Below are positions 12,031 to 23,326 of a DNA stretch of 32,000 nt, in pieces. The notes below the pieces were generated by a model that was not told where the DNA came from, did no database searches, and was given only the letters and a program-made list of their open reading frames with translations. The DNA is taken from contig NZ_CP006932.1 of the NCBI RefSeq assembly GCF_000582535.1, positions 510,001 through 542,000 of the forward strand. Reading direction: 5' to 3'. Made by a program: the position numbers and the translations under genes. This DNA is from Candidatus Saccharimonadota bacterium. GTDB taxonomy: Bacteria; Bacillota_I; Bacilli_A; Mycoplasmatales; Hepatoplasmataceae. The first letter of the stretch is position 1. Every line of letters starts with the position of its first letter.

Positions 12031-12031
12031 C

Positions 12032-12119
12032 GCCCAGGTGGTGGAATTTGGTAGACACGAGGGACTTAAGCTCCCTTGGTCATTAGACTGTGCGGGTTCA
12101 AGTCCCGCCCTGGGCACCA
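12032..12119 (+). tRNA. tRNA-Leu (TAA), class II, CCA encoded
   Basis: The acceptor is gcccagg/cctgggc. The anticodon stem-loop is aggga-ctTAAgc-tccct. A long variable arm and the T-arm gcggg-ttcaagt-cccgc are present. Length is 88 nt. Confidence 0.9.
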
Positions 12120-12122
12120 GAT

Positions 12123-12148
12123 AAGTAAGTTAATCTTACTTTTTTTTT
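12123..12148 (+). terminator. Rho-independent terminator after the tRNA cluster
   Basis: aagtaag-ttaat-cttactt forms a 7-bp stem followed by a T8-9 run. Confidence 0.7.
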
Positions 12149-12189
12149 AAGTTTTTTAATAAAGTTAAAATATTTAAAAAAAATGTAAA

Positions 12190-12198
12190 TGGTATAAT
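12190..12198 (+). promoter_or_regulatory. Candidate extended -10 promoter (TGgTATAAT), implying a leaderless or near-leaderless mRNA
   Basis: tggtataat ends 8 nt before the ATG at 12207. No SD could fit in that gap. Confidence 0.45.
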
Positions 12199-12206
12199 TT
12201 AACATT

Positions 12207-12845
12207 ATGAATAATAAAAATTTTAAATTTAGAATAGATGAAAGAAATATTCAACTAATATTAAATAGAATCAAAACAAATCCTAAATTAAAATGAATCT
12301 TAATTTTAGGATTTATAATTATTCCTTATACATTATTCTGAGTTCTATTTGGTGGAACAGGTGGTAGTAATTTCTTTCTTTGATTAAATGATCAGACAAG
12401 ATTATCTTATGTAATTATTGATTATGGAATTCAATGAGCAATTGCTTGTACTTGAGCAATTCTAGCTTTAATTATTATCCATTTTATGAGTAAAAAAAAT
12501 AAAGATATTAAAAAAGATGTTTATTTTCCAATCGTAGGATGAACTTTTGTAATGACAAATTTTTGATTAATTCCGATCGGACTTTGAACTTTATTATTAG
12601 CTGTCCCTTTTTATATTGCAGGGGTCGCAATTGTAATAATAGTCCAAATTTTTCTTTTTATGAAAAATTATCAAAAAAACCTCGAAAAAATGCAAAATGA
12701 TTTCCCAAATGTTTTCAATCAAAATGGATCAGATCAAAACAACAATGACCCAAACGAAATAAAAATTGAAGATAATAAGAAAGATAAAAAAAATTCAAAA
12801 GATAAGGAAGATACTAATCCAGACGAAACAATTGATATTAAATAA
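12207..12845 (+). CDS. Hypothetical membrane protein (212 aa) with a low-complexity Asn/Asp/Lys C-terminal tail
   Basis: I checked the frame across its full length and found six TGA codons and no TAA/TAG. There are about four hydrophobic segments (WILILGFIIIPYTLFWVLFGG, AIACTWAILALIIIHF, WTFVMTNFWLIPIGLW, AVPFYIAGVAIVIIVQIFLF). I recognised no family. Confidence 0.6.
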
Positions 12846-12850
12846 TAAAT

Positions 12851-13912
12851 ATGTTTACGATCTTAACAAATGAAACAGTAAAAAATTCTAAATCTATTTT
12901 TGCAAAAATTAGATTTTATATTTACAAAATAATTGAACCTTATCCAGAAAATAAGTTTTATGCTTATATTAGCTATTTTTATAATATCCTTACAATTATA
13001 TTTGCACTATTTGTTTTATTACCAGCATTATGATCAACAAGTGGAAATAATCCCTTTATTGATTGATTAGATGCTAATGCAATTGCTTTTTATATTGTTC
13101 TTACAATTGATTATATTCTAAGATGATTTATTTCTGATTATACACTTGGAAAAGGTTATAAATCATTTTTCTTATTTTTTGTTAGTTTTTGAGGAATAAT
13201 TGATTTTCTAGGAATTTTTCCTATTTGATTCGGAGCAAATGGATTTGCAATCTTTCTAATCTTCCGTTTATTTAAAATAATTCGTTTCTTTCCAAGAATA
13301 AACTCAGCTTTTATATTAATTAATAAAACATTATTTCGTAGATGAAAAGTCCTTACAATTGTCTTTATAAATTTTATTTTTATGATTTTTTTCGGAGCTA
13401 CATTAATCTGATTATTTGAAAATGAAACTAACCCTGATATTAATACTTTTTGAAATGCTGTATATATGATGTTTATTACGATGACGACAATCGGATTTGG
13501 TGATATTACTCCAATTACTACAGGAGGAAGAATTGTTGTTTCAATCTTCTCGTTAGTAGGTATTTCAATTATTGCAATTATTACTGCAATTGTAGTTACT
13601 AGTTTTACAGATGAATTAGAAGAAGTAAGAAGAAGAATTAATAAACAAAATAAATTATCACGAGAAAAATTATGAAAAAAATATCGTTCACTTACAAAAG
13701 AAGAAGTAATTGAATTACTTAAAAAATATAAAATCTCTTTCCCCGAAAGACAACGACATGATCAACTTGTAAATATATATATTACTTTTCTAATTAAAAA
13801 AGAAAATAAGAAAAATAAAACAGATCAAGTGGAATCAGTAAATGCTAATGAACTTCTAGATCAAGAACAAACAATTGAGATAAATAAATTAGATTCAAAT
13901 AAAGATAAATAA
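12851..13912 (+). CDS. Voltage-gated-type (6TM) potassium channel with a C-terminal HeH/Rho_N-like motif
   Basis: The gene encodes 353 aa and the frame was checked (TGA only). The selectivity filter is TTIGFGD. An S4-like segment FRLFKIIRFFPRIN has a basic residue at about every third position. The C-terminal tail is LTKEEVIELLKKYKISFPERQRHDQLVNIY. Confidence 0.8.
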
Positions 13913-13914
13913 AA

Positions 13915-14619
13915 TTAAAGAATTACAACTTTATTAGCTCTATTTTCAATTTTTATCTTTAAGTTAAATTTCTTAATAAGTCTATCTAATGTAAGGAAAA
14001 GAATAAAATTATCTTTGTATCTAAAGCAAATATCTCTTTCTCCTCGTAAAAGAATCACAAATCCATAATCATATAAAATTGCTTTTTTAATTTCATAAAA
14101 TTTTATTACTTCAATTATCTTATCTTTTTTTTGATCATAAAATACAATTTCAGAATTAGAAAAAATAAGTTCCCCTTTATTTTCTGATTGATAAATCTCA
14201 TTTTGATCTAACAAATATTTATTTACATTTTTATATAAAAAATAAGCAATTTTACTCAAGCTAATTCCTTGATAAGAAGAAGGATAAGGTGCTTCAATTG
14301 TTTTAAAAAATCTTCGATTTGTAAAATCTCTTGCAAGCATATATTGTAAATTTAAATCTTCGTAATTATAAAGTTTAAGATCTAATTTTATAATTATATG
14401 TTTCATCTTACTAAAAAAAACTTGATTATTATGATAATTTTTTTCTTTCCACTTACGAAAAAGAATTTTTTTATAACTCTCGAACAAATCATAATCAAAC
14501 TTAGATTGTATTTCTTTTATTTGCAATTTAGATAATTTATCTAAATTATCAAGATTCAATTTTTGATTAATTTTATAAAATTGATACTGAGTATTTACTT
14601 TTCCCTTAATTGTAGTCAT
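13915..14619 (-). CDS. Hypothetical protein (234 aa), last gene of the R-M operon
   Basis: This is an intact track ORF with no TGA codon. Its ATG is 13 nt downstream of the nuclease stop. I recognised no family. It contains IVFYD-x13-EIK, which resembles the nuclease's LLLYD-x9-EIK. Confidence 0.6.
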   Translation of the reverse strand: MTTIKGKVNTQYQFYKINQKLNLDNLDKLSKLQIKEIQSKFDYDLFESYKKILFRKWKEKNYHNNQVFFSKMKHIIIKLDLKLYNYEDLNLQYMLARDFTNRRFFKTIEAPYPSSYQGISLSKIAYFLYKNVNKYLLDQNEIYQSENKGELIFSNSEIVFYDQKKDKIIEVIKFYEIKKAILYDYGFVILLRGERDICFRYKDNFILFLTLDRLIKKFNLKIKIENRANKVVIL

Positions 14620-14632
14620 GTTTTTATTATAT

Positions 14633-15424
14633 TTAATTGAAGAAATTAGTTAATATATTTTCTATTTCATTTTTTAAATTATTTTTAATAATTTCATTAT
14701 TTGAAACCTTATTAAAAACTTCTTTTATATCACTAAATAAAATATTATTAGTAAATTTTATTCAAAATTCTTCTCCTCTAAGTAAATTTTTATTTTCTTC
14801 TAAATAATCATCTTTTCATCTTTTTTTATCATTAAAAAAATATAAAATTGGTTGAATTTTTTTATAATTTATTTTATTTTCTTCAAAATATCTTCTTAAA
14901 GCAAAAGTAGTTTCAAATAATTTTTTATAAATATTTTCATGCTTTCCAGTATCGTGATTATCTAAAAGTTTTATTTCAAATAAGTAATAATTGCTATTAT
15001 TATCGTACAATAGAAGATCAATATCTTTTTGTTTAATTTTTTTTGCTATATCTAATTTTTCATATTTAATATCATCTAAAAAACTTAAATTAAGATCTCT
15101 CTTATTTTTCATATAATCTTCAATCGAATCATTTTCTGCTTTTGAAATAATTCCATTTATTTTTTTACCTGATAATTTAGATAAATTATATTTTTTATCT
15201 TCTTTTACAATATCTCGTATTAATTTTTCAATAAAATTCCCAAAAGTAATACTTAAAGATTGTAAATAACTTATTAAATTTCTGTATTCAATTGGTAAAA
15301 AATGAACTTTTTCTTTATTATTTTTTATTTTTTTATTAAAATCTTTAGGATCTTTTTTTGATTTTATGATTTTATTTATATCACTTAAAATTATTTCTTC
15401 TAATTTTTCTTGATTTAAATTCAT
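14633..15424 (-). CDS. Type II restriction endonuclease candidate, PD-(D/E)xK type (263 aa), possibly R.HinfI-like
   Basis: The track ORF 14816-15424 extends through two TGA codons to TAA at 14633-14635; the frame was checked. The start lies 3 nt after the methyltransferase stop. The putative catalytic motif is DIDLLLYD...YYLFEIKLL. The 263-aa size is close to the 262 aa I recall for R.HinfI. Confidence 0.6.
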
Positions 15425-15427
15425 ATT

Positions 15428-16513
15428 TTATTTAACATCCTTTCTTATATCATCAATTGAAATATAATTATTCCCTTCCTTAATATATCAATATTTTCAA
15501 CCATTTAAATATCTACCATTTTCAAATATTTCAGTAGCTTTATGAATTGAATATTTAACATTATTTATTTTAATTTTTCCTTCTGAATTTAAATAAACTT
15601 TATCTTCTTTTAAATTGTATAAATATTTTGATTTAATTTTATTTTCTCTTATTAAATCTAAAATTTTGGGATATTTTATCTTTTCATCAAACTTCGCTTT
15701 AATATAATCAAAAAATGGGTCATTTTTTGAAATTTTATCAACATTTTTAATTCTATCATTAGCATAATTTATATATTTTTCATTATTTTCTATTCCTATA
15801 AAATTACGATGTAATTTTTTAGCAACAGCTCCTGTTGTTCCTGTTCCAAAAAAAGGATCTAAAATAACATCATTTATTTTTGTTGATGCTAAAATAATTC
15901 TTCTTAATAAATCTTCTGGTTTTTGTGTATTATGTAATTTATTACCATTATTATCTTTTAATCTTTCTTTTCCTGAACATATAGAAAATTTTCATACACT
16001 TCCCATTTGTTTTTTTTTATTTTCATTTTTCATTGTTTTATAATTAAAAGTAAATTTAGAATTTTGAGATTTTGTAAACCATATTAAATTTTCATTTGAA
16101 TTTACAAACTTTGTACCTCTAAAATTAGGAGTAGGATTCGTCTTTTCTCAAGTTATATCATTAATTATTCAAAAATTTAAATCTTGAATAATATAACCTA
16201 ATCTATAAATATTATGGAAAGTTCCCATTACTCATATTGAACCCTTATCTTTTAATATTCTTCTACATTGTGTTAATCATTTTCTAGTAAATTTATCATA
16301 TTCTTTATATGAATCAAATTTGTCCCATTCATCATCTACGCCATTATATTTATTACCATTAATTCTATAAAGAGTACCTGTTCCTGTTTGCATAAAATAA
16401 GGAGGATCAGCAAAAATTAAATCAATAGATTTAGAAGGTATTTTTTTTAATTCTTCTAAACAATTTCCTAATTTAATTTTATTTATAAATTTATCTAAAT
16501 TATCATTTTTCAT
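15428..16513 (-). CDS. Beta-class N6-adenine DNA methyltransferase of the CcrM / M.HinfI family (361 aa)
   Basis: I checked the frame from 15431 to 16276; only TGA occurs. Motif IV is IFADPPY near the N-terminus and motif I is [15 protein letters not shown] near the C-terminus, which is the beta order. Long stretches match my memory of Caulobacter CcrM: [40 protein letters not shown] and the C-terminal NGWKYWY. Confidence 0.85.
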
Positions 16514-16560
16514 CTTTTTAATTATAAAAAATAATTACTTTAAATAATTGTTTTTATATT

Positions 16561-17655
16561 TTAAATTAAATCCTTCAAATAATTATCTATTTCTATTATT
16601 TTATATGGTAACTGTTTTATTAATCCTTCTCTAAAATCTTCAATTATTTGACTTAATGAAGATTTTAAGTTATTAATTTGAAGTTCTCCGTTGGAGTAAA
16701 ATAATTTATATAAAGATTCTATTGATTCTCTTAATGAAGCATATTTTTGATTTAATCAATTTTTAAAAATAATTGTTTTATTATGATATATTCGATTTCT
16801 TAAAAATTTAATTTTTTCTAATTCATTTATAAATTCTTTTTTAATATTTACTAAATTTTTTGGATCTAATTCTTCAAAATTTAAAATTTTATTATTTACA
16901 ATTTCAAATTCTCAATGAATAATATTTTTAGTATTATTAAAAAATAGTCTCAATAAATTTGAAAAAGAAGTATCATCTAATTTTTCAATTAAATTAATAT
17001 AATCTTGAAAATTCATTTCTTCAAAAGTAATTTCTAAAAATTCATTAGATTCTTTCAAATCCTTTATAGTTGTTGGTATCATTTTTATTGATTCATGGAA
17101 AAGTGATTTTTCTTTATTCTTTTTTTCTTGCAAAATTCCAGGAAAAAAGAAAATTTTTTGGAAAGTTAAATTATTTTTTCTCATAATAGACATTAGCATA
17201 ACTCTTAAAAAATATTCAAAATTATAAATAACATCTCCTATTAATTTTCTAAAAATATCTTGCAATCTATAAAATGAATCAAAAATTTGAAAAGTTATAA
17301 TTTCTTTTTCTTCATAATTTATTTTTAAAATGTTTTCATAAATGTATTCAATAAATTTGAAACTATAAGTATTAGAAATTGCAAAAAATTGTTCTAAATA
17401 TCTATTTGTTGTGAAAGGGATATTATTTTTTAAGCAATTCAATATTTTATCTGAATTAATTTTTCTATTTTTATTAAAAAAATTTCAAATTTTTTTATAA
17501 TAAATGTTATTTTCTATATATTGAACATTTTTATTAATGTTTTTTATATTTTCTTCGTCAGCTTTTTTAAAATTATCAAAAAAAATTATTAATTCATCAA
17601 TTTTTTTTCTTTTTTTATTTGATCTAATTTCTCTATCATATCCGTTATTTTTCAT
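16561..17655 (-). CDS. Abi_2 (AbiD/AbiF-like) HEPN-type abortive-infection protein candidate (364 aa)
   Basis: ATG is at 17653-17655 and the frame was checked down to TAA at 16561-16563 (three TGA codons). The sequence KFLRNRIYHNKTI supplies an R-x4-H HEPN motif (codons 16783-16800) in the context typical of the Abi_2 family. Confidence 0.6.
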
Positions 17656-17703
17656 AAATTCATCTTTTTTTATTTATTTACAAATATTATAAATAAATAT
17701 TTA

Positions 17704-18354
17704 TTAATTATTATCTTTATATCTCCCTACCAAATAATCTATAAGTAAAATAATTATTAATAAAAATAAAAACAATCCTTCTGATCCAATTATTATATTT
17801 CGATACTGATAAAAAGTTGGATAAATTCCTGATCCTGAAATAAATATTAAAAGTAAAATAAAATAAATCGGAAATAAAAAAGCTGAATAAATTATTTTAA
17901 ATTTAAAACTAATAAGAATCGAAATAAAATATAAAAATGTGCAATTAATCATAAAATAATAAAATCATCTTTTTGTATAAGAAGTATTAAAATTAGATAA
18001 AACAAAATAAGCAACAAGATAATAAAAAATAATACTAATTAAAAGAATTACTAAACAAGAAATAATAATTGAATAATAATAACTATTTCTAAGTTTAAAA
18101 TTATTTAACTGAAACTTAAGTTTTTTTCATCTATCAATTAAAACAACTACAAAACTTATTGAAATTAAATTAATAAGCGAAAAATACATAATAATTCTTG
18201 GCGGATCTAATTTTCATGTTTCTAGATGATCTTTTACTACTTGAAAAACTGAATTTAATTCAATAAAAAAAGTAGATCATATTAAAAAAAATAAAATTAA
18301 AATTACTAGTGATTTTAAATTTCAAATTTTTCTAAGATAAAATAATAATTCCAT
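17704..18354 (-). CDS. Hypothetical multi-pass membrane protein (216 aa), first gene of the minus-strand island cluster
   Basis: ATG is at 18352-18354 and the frame was checked (TGA only). There are about six hydrophobic helices, for example LVILILFFLIWSTFFI, YFSLINLISISFVVVLI, IIISCLVILLISIIFYYLVAYFVL and FLFPIYFILLLIFISGSGI. It ends 48 nt upstream of the Abi-like gene. Confidence 0.6.
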
Positions 18355-18542
18355 AATTTATATTTTCATTTATAGTTTTATTATATTAATTACTAAAAAT
18401 ATAAATATTATTAACTATATTAGAATTATATATAATTAATTTTTTTCTTTCATTCTCAATATTTCTTATTTCCTAAAATTTGTAATATAATTAAATACAG
18501 ATAATTAAAGAGAGTAAACATAGGATTAATAAAAGGAAATTT

Positions 18543-18856
18543 AATAAAAAATGGGAAAAACTATCTTACCTAGGGATAAAGCGGTTGAATTAATACAAGA
18601 AACATTTAAGGATAACAATTTTGCTTCTCTAAGCTTACAACAAATTTTTAATAGTAAAAGATTATTACAATATAAAAGTCAATATAAAAATGAAGAATCT
18701 TACCAAAGTGCAATCAAATGAAATTTAGAAGTAAATTCAAAAGATTCTAAATTATGAGATAAAAAAAATAATATCTTTGAAAATAGAAATATTGGAGAAG
18801 GAATATGAGGAGTAGTAGGAGATACAGTTCATACATATAAGGAACCTTCATCTACT
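18543..18856 (+). repeat. Direct repeat copy 2, paired with 8797-9108
   Basis: See copy 1. Homology crosses the ATG of the HNH gene (aataaaaaATGGGaaaaact versus aataaaaAGTGGaaaaact) with a 1-nt indel just upstream. Confidence 0.9.
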
Positions 18857-19285
18857 TCTAAAACAATAACTTCTTTTAAAACAAAAAAAGCAAAAGTAAC
18901 AAAAGCAATAAAAGCAACAACAAAAATTAAAAAAGCAAAAAGCGGAAACAAAGAAACAGATCTATTAGATCTATTAAATAGTGAATTAGATGATGATTTA
19001 AAATTAATCATTACAAAAAAAATTAAATTAAATAAAGAATTAGCTTCTGAAATTAGAGCAAGAGCAAATCATAGATGTGAATATTGTGGACAAGAAACTT
19101 TTAAAAATGATCAAGATGAAGGATATCTTGAAGTTCATCATATTGATTTTCTATGTGAAGGTGGAAAAGATCAAAAAGATAATTTAATTGCTCTTTGTCC
19201 AACTTGTCACCGTAGAGCACACTCTTCTAAAGAAAGAGAAGAATTTAAAGAAGAATTAAAAAATATTGTAAATGATAAAAATTAA
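18551..19285 (+). CDS. HNH endonuclease with an N-terminal winged-helix-like (Mrr_N / HARE-HTH-like) module (244 aa)
   Basis: The full frame was checked. The C-terminus is HRCEYCGQETF...LEVHHIDFLCEGGKDQKDNLIALCPTCHRRAH, an HNH/CCHH motif. The first 101 aa are about 89% identical to residues 47-147 of the ABC ATPase. Confidence 0.8.
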
Positions 19286-19305
19286 ATTTTATTAATTAAC
19301 AAAAT

Positions 19306-19334
19306 AAAAAGCAACCCTTAAGGTTGCTTTTTTC
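19306..19334. terminator. Bidirectional rho-independent terminator between the HNH gene and rpoC
   Basis: aaaaa-gcaacc-cttaa-ggttgc-ttttttc has a G+C-containing stem flanked by A and T runs, between two convergent stops. Confidence 0.8.
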
Positions 19335-19342
19335 TTTTATTA

Positions 19343-23314
<3,972 letters not shown>

Positions 23315-23326
23315 ATTTATTCCTCT

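Noticed and set aside
12032-12119. tRNA-Leu as an integration (att) site for the island.
   Set aside because: I found no copy of the tRNA 3' end at the other island boundary (18355-18550 or 19286-19342). There is no integrase, and two apparently ordinary plus-strand genes lie between the tRNAs and the island.
18355-18550. The 196-nt AT-rich spacer between the island operon and the HNH gene as a possible ncRNA or small-ORF locus.
   Set aside because: It contains only TATAAT-like hexamers, as expected for divergent promoters in AT-rich DNA. There is no stable hairpin or SD-led ORF. The degenerate similarity to 8761-8805 is noted under the repeat finding.
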